A stretch of DNA of 63,516 bases, counting the filler, from Octopus bimaculoides (taxonomy: Eukaryota), in the NCBI RefSeq assembly GCF_001194135.2. It is 5 parts of 5 records of this genome, joined end to end, with 100 filler letters (N's around TTAATTAATTAA, not from the genome) between each part and the next. Parts side by side here need not be neighbours in the genome. Positions count along the whole stretch, not along the records: positions 1 to 22,561 come from NC_068996.1; positions 22,662 to 37,509 come from NC_068989.1; 3 more parts are not named here. One strand, given 5' to 3'. The first letter of the stretch is position 1; each line of letters opens with the position of its first letter. The position numbers and the translations under genes were made by a program. The notes below the pieces were generated by a model. That model worked only from the letters and a program-made list of their open reading frames with translations. It was not told the origin of the DNA and searched no databases. Positions 13,813 to 26,213 of the stretch are shown here, one piece after another.

Positions 13813-13892
<80 letters not shown>

Positions 13893-14684
13893 CATTATTA
13901 ATATTATTATCATCATCATTATTATTATTATTATTATTCANNNNNNNNNNNNNNNNNNNNNNNNNNNNNNNNNNNNNNNNNNNNNNNNNNNNNNNNNNNN
14001 NNNNNNNNNNNNNNNNNNNNNNNNNNNNNNNNNNNNNNNNNNNNNNNNNNNNNNNNNNNNNNNNNNNNNNNNNNNNNNNNNNNNNNNNNNNNNNNNNNNN
14101 NNNNNNNNNNNNNNNNNNNNNNNNNNNNNNNNNNNNNNNNNNNNNNNNNNNNNNNNNNNNNNNNNNNNNNNNNNNNNNNNNNNNNNNNNNNNNNNNNNNN
14201 NNNNNNNNNNNNNNNNNNNNNNNNNNNNNNNNNNNNNNNNNNNNNNNNNNNNNNNNNNNNNNNNNNNNNNNNNNNNNNNNNNNNNNNNNNNNNNNNNNNN
14301 NNNNNNNNNNNNNNNNNNNNNNNNNNNNNNNNNNNNNNNNNNNNNNNNNNNNNNNNNNNNNNNNNNNNNNNNNNNNNNNNNNNNNNNNNNNNNNNNNNNN
14401 NNNNNNNNNNNNNNNNNNNNNNNNNNNNNNNNNNNNNNNNNNNNNNNNNNNNNNNNNNNNNNNNNNNNNNNNNNNNNNNNNNNNNNNNNNNNNNNNNNNN
14501 NNNNNNNNNNNNNNNNNNNNNNNNNNNNNNNNNNNNNNNNNNNNNNNNNNNNNNNNNNNNNNNNNNNNNNNNNNNNNNNNNNNNNNNNNNNNNNNNNNNN
14601 NNNNNNNNNNNNATTATTATTATTATTATTATTATTATTATCATTATTAATATTATTATCATCATCATTATTATTATTATTATT

Positions 14685-15066
14685 ATTCAGTAGTTTTATT
14701 TTTATAACGTGCTTTCACTTCACTACCGAGCGCAGCTCTGTGCGCCTTGGGTATGTGCTGTGGTTTGCTGTGGTGCTCTTATGTTTACTGTATTGAAAGT
14801 GTTTTGCGTAGAATGTGTGCAGTACCCAGTAGTGCAATTTTCTGTATGTTATATATATTTGTAAGTCCTGGTGTTTTTGTTATGTATTTGTCTGAATATT
14901 TTTTTATTATACCTAAGGCACCTACTATGATAGGAATTGTTTCTGTTTTTAGATTCCACATTCGAGTTACCTCTATTTCCAGGTCTTTATATTTTGAAAG
15001 TTTTTCCAATTTTTTTAGGGAAACGTTGTCATCTGCTGGTATTGATACATCAATTAGAAAGCATAT
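14685..15066 (-). mobile_element. R4/Dong-like LINE 3' end, same family as 8412-8700
   Basis: MEKLSKYKDLEIEVTRMWNLKTETIPIIVGALGIIKKYSDKYITKTPGLTNIYNIQKIALLGTAHILRKTLSIQ*; near-identical 3' UTR to 8412 copy; (TAA)n on both sides. Confidence 0.92.
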
Positions 15067-15144
15067 TTTTCCTTTTTTTTTTCTTTATTGTTGTTGTTAT
15101 TATGATTGTTATTATTATTATTGTTGTTATTATGATTGTTATTA

Positions 15145-15223
<79 letters not shown>

Positions 15224-15234
15224 GGCGAAACATA

Positions 15235-15585
15235 CCAAATTCTAAATGCCAAAATCTTAGCAATGTGATATCTCCAGTATCAAAAGCATGCTGTTGAGAA
15301 TTCAGTGCAGATGGGTTGGACATGTTGTTTGAAGGAAAGATGATCGCATTCCGAAAATTCTTTTGTAGGGGGATTCCGCGGTAAAGGAATACGCCCTCTT
15401 TAGGTATAAGGATAAGTTGAGACAATCAAAATATCCCTAAAGCTTAATTTAACAGCTTGGGAAATTATTGAATAGATTGATCTGAGTGGCACAAATTGTG
15501 TTATGATGCGTCTAAACAATTTGAGTTGAAGGAACAGAACAGCAAAAGAATGATATCCTGCTGTCGATAGACACATTTGTCCAAT
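15235..15585 (+). mobile_element. RTE-clade LINE C-terminal fragment
   Basis: Frameshifted SIKSMLLRIQCRWVGHVV.RKDDRIPKILL.G...RYKDKL, typical RTE post-RT RW.GHV.R motif. Confidence 0.7.
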
Positions 15586-16559
15586 CCCAGCCAAAATCAA
15601 AATCATTGTCTTCATTGTGGCATCATAGAAAAACTTATACCAGGACTCAAATTATATTCACGCATCCATCACAAATAGATGCAGCTTCTTTTAGTTTTTG
15701 TTAAATCTATTTTTTAATCCTTTCCTTCAAACACTCATCCGTCGAAATCGATAGGGTTGACCATTATTATTTTATTGTTGTTTTATTTTACAATAACTGT
15801 TCCAAGTCATGCCCAGAGCCCTCAACTAACACCAAGTGAGGTGTTTTACGATGGAGGCTATCTATGGTTAACAATGATAGATTGCAGGGAAAGGAAATCA
15901 GAGTCTCAGAACTAGCATTCTGTTAAATCTATATTTCTTGTTTGAAAGATTCCTTAGGATGTGGACAGCACTCATGAGACAATGTTTGAAGTTCTGATAC
16001 TTTGGGGTTTCCTGGTATTCGACCATAGTGTTTAATAACGCCTGTCAGAATTGTCCCCCCACCCAATATCATATTGCCCTCCAAATACCCCAACTATACA
16101 GTTCTTGTTCTTAGATACCAAATTTTCGAGAGGTGTATTTCAAAATCGTTGTATTTACTTAACTTTTTTAATGTTTCATTATTATATACACGAACAAAAA
16201 GAGAACATCATTTACTATATTGCCATAAATTTGACCAATAAAGAACTAATAGACCACATCCACGAAAATACTAACCTCAGAAAAACTATCTACTTAACAC
16301 CAAATAATAACATACCATCACGAATAAAAATCATGCAGACATCGCAATATGTAACACCCTAAAAAGGCAAACCCAAAATGCGTAGAAGATTTGCGAGCAT
16401 TATCAATAAAAGGCTATAAAAAGAACTGTCAACTGCAGTCAACGGGAGAGACGAAGCACCTGTCCCTCCACAGGAATAAAGTAAGTGATCATTCCTCACT
16501 CACTACACTCTTATGAATCGTGCCTGTGTTCAGAGCGGGAAGTATAAGCGTACGTTGCC

Positions 16560-17860
16560 TGGTATCAGCTTGGAATTAGGGTCACCTGCTGAGTGACATC
16601 AAATCACTAGATATAGATGTGAGACCAGATTTTCCGATCCACAAGACATCATTCTCCTTCTTGGTAGGTGCGATATGTACTTGTCTCTAAGCAAACTGGG
16701 ATTGAGAGCTGAAACTCTTGTGTTGATTCCGAAAAGCCTAGGTCTTACGATATGAATCCTCTTCCTGCAGCCAGAAGGTAAATTGGTGGCTCTAAATGCG
16801 AAAAATAGCGAAGTGGGTGCTTTCAAACTAGTAATTGTCTACGCTCCGACAGAGTCAGGACAGCAGGATTTGTTTTAAGGGTCTGGGCGATTTTCTGGGA
16901 GCGTCACGATCTTTAGCGCTAGTGGGCGACTGGTACGCCATCTTGGATGTACTTTTGAATTGTATGGGATTAACTGATACCTATTCGGACGTTTCTAACA
17001 GTCTGACAAGGACCGAATGTGCCAGTGTGGACATGGACAAACAGCATTAGGTCATTTAGGTTGTATCTGGATACAGAATTCTGTAGACCAGTAGATAAGG
17101 ATAGCGTAGGTTGTCCACTTTTTAAAATCGTCAGCTACATAGGCCACAAATTTGTCATCTGTCGACCTAGATTTGCTTTGTAGGCAGGGACCCGGTTACT
17201 GAAAGCTGAACGTGTCTCTCCCGGCATGCGGAAACTACACAAACCGGATTAACAAATTATTTAAGCTGGCGTTGATGGCGTCAATCATCAACATCAAATA
17301 GTGGTTCACTCTCAAAGGGGTGATTAAAGTAGAATCCGTTAGGTCAGGTAAAGTCGTTGCGACAGAGAAAAATAGAATATAGGGAGACTCTGTTAGACAT
17401 TTGAAAGAGTCTCTTAGGAAAGGCATCGAAATGGACGTACTCGAAGACTGCTTTGCAATAGCGAGGACACGTATTCTAAGACATGTAGGAACAAAAGCCG
17501 GTCGTTGGGCCCAAGTAGCATGATAATAAAGCCACAATTCGGTCTTTAGTGGACCTTGTTTCTCGATCTCAAGTTGATGTGTAAGGCTTTTCAATATCAC
17601 TTCGCTCGATTGGTCGGATTGAATGGTGGGTCGGATTGAATGGCAGGTCAGATTTCAGTGCCTCCCTTAACGGCTTGCCACGACTCTCAGCAAGGGAGGC
17701 TAAGTGTTGCGAAAAGCCGATGACAACCGCGGAAATACGGGAAACGATGGCTGGCTACACGATAGCAAATCGTCTGATTTGGATGGTCTCTATGAGCTCA
17801 ACTTTTATATGCCAAACTTATTTGAAGAATTCTTTGCAGAAATCTACAAGTCCTCTCTTT
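16560..17860 (+). mobile_element. Tx1/L1-clade LINE, APE endonuclease and linker, heavily degenerate
   Basis: GHLLSDIKSLDID, FKLVIVYAP, LALVGDWYAILD, GPGY*KLNVSL and KSSDLDGLYELNFY (KSPG.DG.P.EFY equivalent); possible ORF1 remnant upstream from ~16180. Confidence 0.8.
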
Positions 17861-18153
17861 TACGCCACGATTATGTTCAAAAGACATCTAAGCGCTGACA
17901 TAACATGGCATCGGTATCGCAGCAGATGTTACTATCAGAGTTCAACGAATCGGATGCGATAGCGCAGCGCACCCCATCCTACTCTCTGATAATAATACCC
18001 TTAATTCACTTCTATGAATTTATATTCTTTGCAACAACCTTCAAAAGTAAGTTGGCAAACTTGACGTCGGCGTATGTTGAACTCACTGCGTAAAAGAGCC
18101 GGATCACGTACCGCAAGGCATTGTGTATAAACTCTCAAACACTGTCAGTTTCA

Positions 18154-18202
<49 letters not shown>

Positions 18203-18228
18203 GCTACTACTACTGCTGCTGCTGCTGC

Positions 18229-18303
<75 letters not shown>

Positions 18304-19220
18304 CAACAATAATAATAATAATAATAATAATGCAATTATTGTTTTCTTTTTATTATGCATTCATCTATTTTATGTATTTCTTGAATATATTTCCAATTGA
18401 TCAACGTGATTAAAACCAATAATATTTGCAATTTTAATGTTTGCTGTAAATTAGAATACAGTTAAGCTTCCAGCAAACTAAATTTGTGACCTTCATAAGG
18501 TTAGTTTTTTTATATTTATGTCGTTTACATTTTTGAGAAAGACATGAATGTCATACAATCTCGTTTGCTCAATCCTATAAATCTAAATTATTGTGCTTAT
18601 GCAAGAAATCAATATTTAAATTCTAAAAGTATTGATTGTTATCATATTCTTCAATGGCATATAGCAAAGAGTCATTACTATGAGGCTCCATCATGGGCCA
18701 CGGTTTGTGTTGGCTAAAATAAATTAAACGGCAGTATAAATTTGATTATAGCTACGCCAACAGTACTGTTATAATTACATTTTTGGGGGAAATATATTTA
18801 AAGTAATTTAGACTGAAATTGATGCGACAGCTAACAATGGAATACTTAGTAATTTTCGTACGAATCAGTGATGTTTTTCGTTAGACTGTTCCCAATTGCC
18901 GTCAAATTAAATTGACATATATTCATATTAGTGCTGTCTTTTATATGCATTTGTTAGCCTAGATCTGTTTCTCAACAGATATAAAACAAATTTTAATAGT
19001 ATAGCTCTCACTAAGTTGCTTTAGTTGCCAACATTATTCAGCATAACCATTATTCTTCACGTGTTTGACAACTTGGCAGTTTTCCTACTGAAGTAAATAT
19101 CACAAAAATCACTTGCTTGTTGATGTTTGTCGTATCTCTGTCTGAGGCCTGATTAGGCGAGACCTATGGTGTGATACGTGATACGCTGGTAGCCGAACAA
19201 CCTAAAATCTATTGTTTCAG

Positions 19221-19269
19221 ACATATCATGCTTCCATCTAGATATAAATCAAAGCGATCACACTAACAA
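19221..19269 (+). CDS. Candidate RTK ectodomain exon (phase 1 to 2)
   Basis: ttgtttcAG ... AA|GTAAGG; only one frame open: DISCFHLDINQSDHTN, containing an N-Q-S sequon. No homology support. Confidence 0.3.
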
Positions 19270-19522
19270 GTAAGGATTAATCATACAGATTCTAGTGATA
19301 TCCACGATAGAGACGAGCAAGGTGAAATCAGATTGCAGTAATTACTGTTCTTTTTCTTTTATCTCTGGTATGAATAGTGATTGGCTATTAATGTTCTGGT
19401 CAAGTAAAATACAAAGCACTATAGATCAGTTATACTGGTCTGGAATCAAAGAAAGAAATTATGGACAAAAGTTAAAATCAGATATTAATTATATGTTAAA
19501 GATTAATGGAAAATAAATATAT

Positions 19523-19700
19523 ATAGGTGCAGGCGTGGTTGTATGGGAAGTTTACTTCTCAGTTTCAACGCTCCAAGTTCAGTCCCAATGCGAGATACTT
19601 TGGGCGACAGGTTTTCTATTAATTATAGTTTTGGGCAGAATAAGGCCTTGTAAATAGATTTGGTAAACGGAAACTGAAAGAAGTTCATCGTATATATATT
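19523..19700 (+). mobile_element. SINE family A, diverged 5' half
   Basis: Degenerate head plus gatttggtaaacggaaactgaaagaag; 33-bp local duplication at 19681-19746. Confidence 0.7.
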
Positions 19701-19970
19701 CCACAATGTAACCAAGTTCATCGTATATACATTCCACAATGTAACCTCGTGGATATCGTTGGCTATTTTTTCTTCCTCCGTCTTTCCCTTCTTTGGACTT
19801 TCTTTGTTTCCAACGAAGAGCTCCGCTCGAAACATCGAATTCTCTTTCTTTCCTTTCCCGAGCGTCCAGTAACACAATCTGTATCACGTCCTTACATTGT
19901 TGTTGTTTTTCTGTCTTTTTCTGTTTTTGAACTATATATATATATATATATATACTGCCAATCTTCACAT

Positions 19971-20714
19971 ACACGAGGTCTGATCCGGACTGTTGTCATA
20001 GTATCGAAGCTGAAGCATACAAGGTAAAGCCGTTTGGCGCAGATTGAACTTGATTTCCGTTGTGCATGCGCACTAAGTTTTAACGTTCTAACTCACTTCC
20101 GCTATTTACAGCAGTGCTTCGAAGTAACGTGTGTAGCGTGTGATTGTCCCATTGACCATGAGAGAGAAAGTCATCATGGCGATACCCACACAGAGGCCTA
20201 CGCAAAGTTGCAGAAAGTGTATGGAGAGGAGTGTATGAGTGGTTCAGACGTTTCCAAGACGGTTGAAAAAATGTCGATATTGATGAACGTTCTCGAAGAC
20301 CCGCAACCAGCAGAACTGAAAAAAATATTGCAGATGTGCGAGCAACTGTTAGAGGAAATCGTCGAATCACCATCTGTGAGTTATCAACGGATGTGCAGAT
20401 TATTTACGGTTCAGTTCAGTCCATTATCATGGAAGATTTGAGTATGAGACGAGTGTTTTGCCAAGTTTGTACCAAAACTGCTTTCAGTTAACCAAATAGA
20501 TACACGGGTTTCAGTTGCACAAGATCTCCTTGATTGTGTCGAGAACGATGACAACTTTTTGAAAACTTTGAGCAAGTCTCTGAGCAGGTATCACTAAGCT
20601 TTTGGCAAAATTTGATGCAGATTCTCTGCTTAACTTACACTGTCATGGTCAATGCGACGATCACACGCTTCACACCTTCCTTCCAAGCACTGCTGTAAAC
20701 AGCGAAAGTGAGCT
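19971..20714 (+). mobile_element. Internally deleted mariner-family transposon with long TIRs
   Basis: Starts TAcacgaggtctgatccggac; transposase HTH remnants YAKLQKVYGEECMS, GSVQSIIMEDLSMRRVFAKFVPKLLS, VAQDLLDCVENDDNFLKTL; 20090-20160 is inverted at 20644-20714; right end lost in gap. Confidence 0.8.
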
Positions 20715-21306
20715 NNNNNNNNNNNNNNNNNNNNNNNNNNNNNNNNNNNNNNNNNNNNNNNNNNNNNNNNNNNNNNNNNNNNNNNNNNNNNNNNNNNNNN
20801 NNNNNNNNNNNNNNNNNNNNNNNNNNNNNNNNNNNNNNNNNNNNNNNNNNNNNNNNNNNNNNNNNNNNNNNNNNNNNNNNNNNNNNNNNNNNNNNNNNNN
20901 NNNNNNNNNNNNNNNNNNNNNNNNNNNNNNNNNNNNNNNNNNNNNNNNNNNNNNNNNNNNNNNNNNNNNNNNNNNNNNNNNNNNNNNNNNNNNNNNNNNN
21001 NNNNNNNNNNNNNNNNNNNNNNNNNNNNNNNNNNNNNNNNNNNNNNNNNNNNNNNNNNNNNNNNNNNNNNNNNNNNNNNNNNNNNNNNNNNNNNNNNNNN
21101 NNNNNNNNNNNNNNNNNNNNNNNNNNNNNNNNNNNNNNNNNNNNNNNNNNNNNNNNNNNNNNNNNNNNNNNNNNNNNNNNNNNNNNNNNNNNNNNNNNNN
21201 NNNNNNNNNNNNNNNNNNNNNNNNNNNNNNNNNNNNNNNNNNNNNNNNNNNNNNNNNNNNNNNNNNNNNNNNNNNNNNNNNNNNNNNNNNNNNNNNNNNN
21301 NNNNNN

Positions 21307-21453
21307 GTGGCTGTGTGGTAAGTAGCTTGTTTACCAAACCACATGGTTCCAGGTTCAGTCCCACTGCGTGGGACCTTTTCTTCTGCTATAGCCACGGCCC
21401 GACCAAAGCCTTGTGAGTGGATCTAGTAGATGAAAACTGAAAGAAGCCTGTCG

Positions 21454-21505
<52 letters not shown>

Positions 21506-21660
21506 CGCGTGTCTGTGACTTAGCAGTTCAGCAAAAGAAACTGATAGAATAAGTACTAGGCTTACAAAGAATAAGGCCTGGGATCGATTTGCTCGACTAA
21601 AGGCGGTGCTCCAGCATAGCCGCAGCCAAATGAATAAATTGAATAAAAGAATACAAGAAT
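21307..21660 (+). mobile_element. SINE family A
   Basis: Head, (GT)n centre and tail aaggcggtgctccagcatagccgcag. Confidence 0.88.
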
Positions 21661-21683
21661 CTAAATATATATGTATATATATG

Positions 21684-21904
21684 TGCGTGGGTTTGCTGAA
21701 AGGTTCCTGGTCTTGGGTAAAAGAAAATACAGGAGGATCAGTTAATTAGGATTTTATTCAACATATCCCCTTCTCAGATTCACTCACTTACTGCAACGGT
21801 TCCTCAGTTTTACTAAGCCCTGTAAAAGAATTTAGAAGGCTGGGCCAACAGCCAGGCCTTTCGCAATACTCTTAAAGCCAGGAACATTTCAGCACCCCCT
21901 CGTA
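21684..21904. mobile_element. Mariner-derived MITE
   Basis: Imperfect ~30 bp TIRs (gctgaaa.gttcctgg / ccaggaacatttcagcaccccctcgTA); partial copy of the same end at 3979-4050. Confidence 0.7.
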
Positions 21905-22261
21905 AAGAAATCTAACCGACTTCATACACACACGCACGCGCGCACGCAAACTTAGACACATACATAAACGTCATATGTGTATAAGCAGATATTTCAGAAG
22001 AATACAGACAACCTTCATTAAATCGTTTTATCTGTGTGGACTCTATTCATTAGGCTGATGCCCAAATTAGCTAAATCATTAAAAACTGCGCCAGGCATGT
22101 CTAGTAAATACTAGATTAAGCATTTAAAAGCATCAAATGACATTTTTTCTCTAGAAATAAATCTTTCAAAAATGATGGCGTCTATTTACTTCGAAAATAT
22201 ATGTGTGTGTACATATATATACATACATACATACAAGTACATATATATATANNNNNNNNNN

Positions 22262-22300
<39 letters not shown>

Positions 22301-22407
22301 CACACACACAGACACACAAATTATGGACGTTTAGTTCGCAGGTGATCTAAACGAATACGTACGCTAGGTAAGTACTGTAGCGGAGTAATAGGGATGCAAT
22401 CTTATAG

Positions 22408-22505
22408 CCACGATGATAGCTATGGAGCCATTGCAGATTTCCGATATAGCGGATATATAATTGTTAAAGAGGACAACAAACGTCAAGGCAAAGCAAACAT
22501 CTCAA
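22408..22505 (+). CDS. Candidate RTK ectodomain exon (phase 2 to 1)
   Basis: tcttatAG acceptor, open frame HDDSYGAIADFRYSGYIIVKEDNKRQGKANIS, weak donor GTCATA; phases bridge 19221-19269 to the TM exon. Confidence 0.25.
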
Positions 22506-22718
22506 GTCATACACATGTTTTCCAATGATAATAATGTATATGAGATGTTTTCCTGCCTTAANNNNNNNNNNNNNNNNNNNNNNNNNNNNNNNNNNNNNNN
22601 NNNNNTTAATTAATTAANNNNNNNNNNNNNNNNNNNNNNNNNNNNNNNNNNNNNNNNNNNNATATATACATATACATATATTATGTGTGTGTATACGTAT
22701 ATGTATATACACACACAT

Positions 22719-22754
<36 letters not shown>

Positions 22755-23135
22755 ACCCTCACAGCAATATCGAGCCAGAATGTTAACTATCTTCTAGTTC
22801 CGTCATCAGTGTTATCTTAGAATTGATATAAATCTTACCTAAACTACCTCTCGGCATTCATTCTTACGTGTCTCTTTCGGTCTCCCCCTACCCCACCCAA
22901 CTTCTTTCATTTCTTTTTCATTCTTTCTTGTGCTACATACCTTTTACCTTTTGCTTGTTTCGGTCATTGGATTACGACCATACTGGAACCTTGCATTGAT
23001 TAGTTTTAGTCAAACCCCTGTGCTTATTTTTTTGGTGTTTTTTTTAAAGCTTGGTATTTATTCTATCTTCCACATTTGTCGAAAGAGGAATTCACTTGGT
23101 ACAACCGTACTTAATCCTAATAACATTATTACATG

Positions 23136-23440
23136 TGGAGGTACATGACCTAGTGGTTAGAGCAGCGAACTCACGGTCGAAGTATCGTGGGTTCGAATCT
23201 CAGACCGGGTGATGTGTGTGTTTATGAGCGAAACACCTAAGCTCCACGTGGCTCAGGCAGGAGGTGATGGCGAATTTCTGCTGACTCTTTCGGCAAAACT
23301 TTCTCTCAATCTTTCCTCCTGCATCTAGCAGCTCACCTGTGACGGACCAGCGTCACGTCCAGGGGGTGGAGGACCTATATGCTAATGAAACCGGGAAACC
23401 GGCCCTTCTGAACCAGGCATGGCTGGAGAAGGAACAAACA
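23136..23440 (+). mobile_element. tRNA(Arg)-like-headed SINE family C
   Basis: gtggaggtacatgacctagtggttagagcagcgaactcacggtc...gttcgaatctcagaccggg; A/B-box-like head; second copy at 45405. Confidence 0.88.
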
Positions 23441-23509
23441 CACACACAACGTTATTACATAAAGGTATATGAATATACCTGTGTGTTTGTGTCTGAATAA
23501 ATACCTGTT

Positions 23510-23715
23510 TCTAAGGCGGTGAGTTAACAAGAATCTTTTGCTCGACAGGCAAAATGCTTTGCGTCGTTAGATTCAGGGTTCAAATTTCATCGAGGTCAAC
23601 CTTGCCTTTCATCCCTTCGGGATCGATAAAATAAGTACCAGCTGCACACTGGGTCGCGATGTAATCGGTTAGCCCCTTCTCTGAAATAGCTGGCCTCGTG
23701 CCAAAATTTGAAACC
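23510..23715 (+). mobile_element. SINE family B
   Basis: ggcggtgagtt...caaatttcatcgaggtcaaccttgcctttcatcccttcgggatcgataaaataagtaccag. Confidence 0.82.
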
Positions 23716-23822
23716 AATATATAGCTGTTTCTATTCACACATATACACACAGAAAATCTCTCTCTATCTCTCCATCTGTCTGTGTATGTATGTGTGTATG
23801 TACGTCTGTCTCTGTCTGCCCA

Positions 23823-23897
<75 letters not shown>

Positions 23898-23944
23898 TTG
23901 TCTCTCAAAACTCGTCGTCGAGATCGACGGAGAATCAGTCATTT

Positions 23945-24410
23945 CTTTTATTTTTTTCAGTTTTTTTTTCTCTAATAATCTCTAATTTCCTTGCTTTTTG
24001 CTGTTTTCTTTATATCTTTTTCTTTCTTTCTGTTTCATTCCTTTATTTATGTTTTTCTTTCTCTATCTAATTTTTTAAAAAAATCGTTACTTTTATTGTT
24101 ATTTTATGTCTATTTTTATATATATATATTCGGTATCCTTTTTCTTCTTTTATCTTATTTTCTTCATTTATTGTTTCAACTTACCTCATTTATCCATTTT
24201 CTTGCATTTCTACTTTTGCTTTCTTTCTTCTTCCCTATTTTTCTTACATTTTTATTTCTTTTATATTTATCCTAATTTCTCACATTCTTTCCCCAAGTTC
24301 ATTTACTTCATATTTTCATCATTTATTTATCTATTTATCCTACTTCGTTAACGTCTCTCTTTGTTTCTTTACCCCATATATTTTTTTTTAAATTACACTT
24401 CCCATTTTCT
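23945..24410. repeat. Pyrimidine-rich low-complexity region
   Basis: Almost exclusively T/C with sparse A on the + strand. Confidence 0.8.
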
Positions 24411-25332
24411 TCCCGTGAAGACACGTGGCCCAGTCCTTTAAATTGTTAAGCCATGGATTCTATTCTCGGACCGAGATGCACGCTCTGTCAATCAGCGAAA
24501 CACTACATTTCCTGTTGCTTCAGACTGTTTCTACCAAAACGTAATAACAACAGCAGCTGTAATAATCCTGCGATGTACTGACGTCCTGTTAAGGAACGAG
24601 TTTCATGCTTCTGTTAAATTCCTTCCTATCTCCTTTTTTCGCTATCTTTTTCTTTCCCGTTACCTTATATTTGTCATTTTGTTATTTTTTTTACTTTTCA
24701 TTTATCTCATCCGTTATATTTTTACGTTTCACTATTCTTCCCATTTTCTACCTGTGAAAGCGCGTTGCCGAGTGGTTTGGATTGTTAGGTCATAAATTCA
24801 ATTTCAATTCTCGGACATAGCAGCGCGCGTTATGTCATCTAGCAAAGCACTACATTTCCCGTAACCCCAGACCCTTTCAGCAAAAAACGTAACGACGACT
24901 GGTGTGAAACACTGCGTGATACATTGGATGTGATACATTTTACCTCTCTGTACTCTCTTGCACAGTCATATGACAATCAGATTCAATTATGGCTTTGATT
25001 CGGTCGAACTAGCGACAGGCTAGCACCTTATTAAGAGACGAGTCTTATATTTGTTTTAACTTTATTCCTATTTCTTTTCAAAATTTTAGTTCTTCCTTCC
25101 TCTATCACATTTTTGTAATCATTGATTCACTTCTTTTTGTTTCTTTTTATATTTCTTTTCATTTACCATTTATTCGTTCCCTATTAACTTTATGCAAATT
25201 TTTATCTCATTTTAACACAATCATCTTTCTTATAGTTTTCCATCAATAACGTCTTCCTTTACATACACACCCATAAATGCATACACATATACGCTGATAC
25301 GTGTATGTGTAAATACATACTCACACACATAC

Positions 25333-25372
<40 letters not shown>

Positions 25373-25751
25373 NNNNNNNNNNNNNNNNNNNNNNNNNNNN
25401 NNNNNNNNNNNNNNNNNNNNNNNNNNNNNNNNNNNNNNNNNNNNNNNNNNNNNNNNNNNNNNNNNNNNNNNNNNNNNNNNNNNNNNNNNNNNNNNNNNNN
25501 NNNNNNNNNNNATATATATTCAGTCGCGGAGAAATGGCTAAAATTTGCCCCGTTTATAATTATACCATATGTTACACATACATACATACATACATACATA
25601 CATACATACATTCTCTATGTCTTTCAATTTCTACCGTAACACTTCCTCTGATGTTTTTAATTGGGGGTGTTATTATTGGTATAATGTCCCTTGTTTTGTA
25701 GTGACCCTGTATGTTTTTTGTGTTCGGCCATGTAGCCAATAAAGAAAGGAC

Positions 25752-25793
<42 letters not shown>

Positions 25794-25917
25794 CACTAAT
25801 TTTTGGCTTTTTCATCTTCGTCATTTTCCTTACCTTCACAACCGCTGCGTTATTACAACCACCATATTCCACCATTTCAGTTTGGTTTCCCTTTTCTCTT
25901 TTTCTTCTTCTCTCTAG

Positions 25918-26100
25918 ACACGCAGTCAGGACCAAAGAAAGTTTCCAGTGCCGCCATATTAGCAGCTTGTGCTAGCATCTTCGTACTGATGGCAGTTCTT
26001 TTGCTGCTAATATACAAGAAGCGTAAAAGTTTGAAAGAAGTGGTAATCATCAAGACTATGGCAGCAAAAAACAACACCTACAAGTCAAACGTCACAGGTT
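25918..26100 (+). CDS. RTK exon: extracellular stalk end, transmembrane helix and start of juxtamembrane region (phase 1 to 1)
   Basis: Polypyrimidine tract + AG at 25916-17; reads (D)TQSGPKKVSSAAILAACASIFVLMAVLLLLIYKKRKSLKEVVIIKTMAAKNNTYKSNVTG; ~22-aa hydrophobic helix followed by KKRK; donor GTAAGT at 26101; phase matches exon 32340. Confidence 0.85.
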
Positions 26101-26157
26101 GTAAGTATCTGTACATGTCTGTCTATCTATCTGTCTATCTATCTGTCTATCAATCAA

Positions 26158-26213
<56 letters not shown>

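Noticed and set aside
22342-22367. Micro-exon with strong GTAAGT donor
   Set aside because: Stop codons in all three frames.
22606-22617. TTAATTAATTAA recurring at 22606, 37554, 45342 and 60250
   Set aside because: Each is centred between exactly 44 N on both sides (100 bp total) and gives stops in all frames: a scaffolding spacer, not a biological motif.
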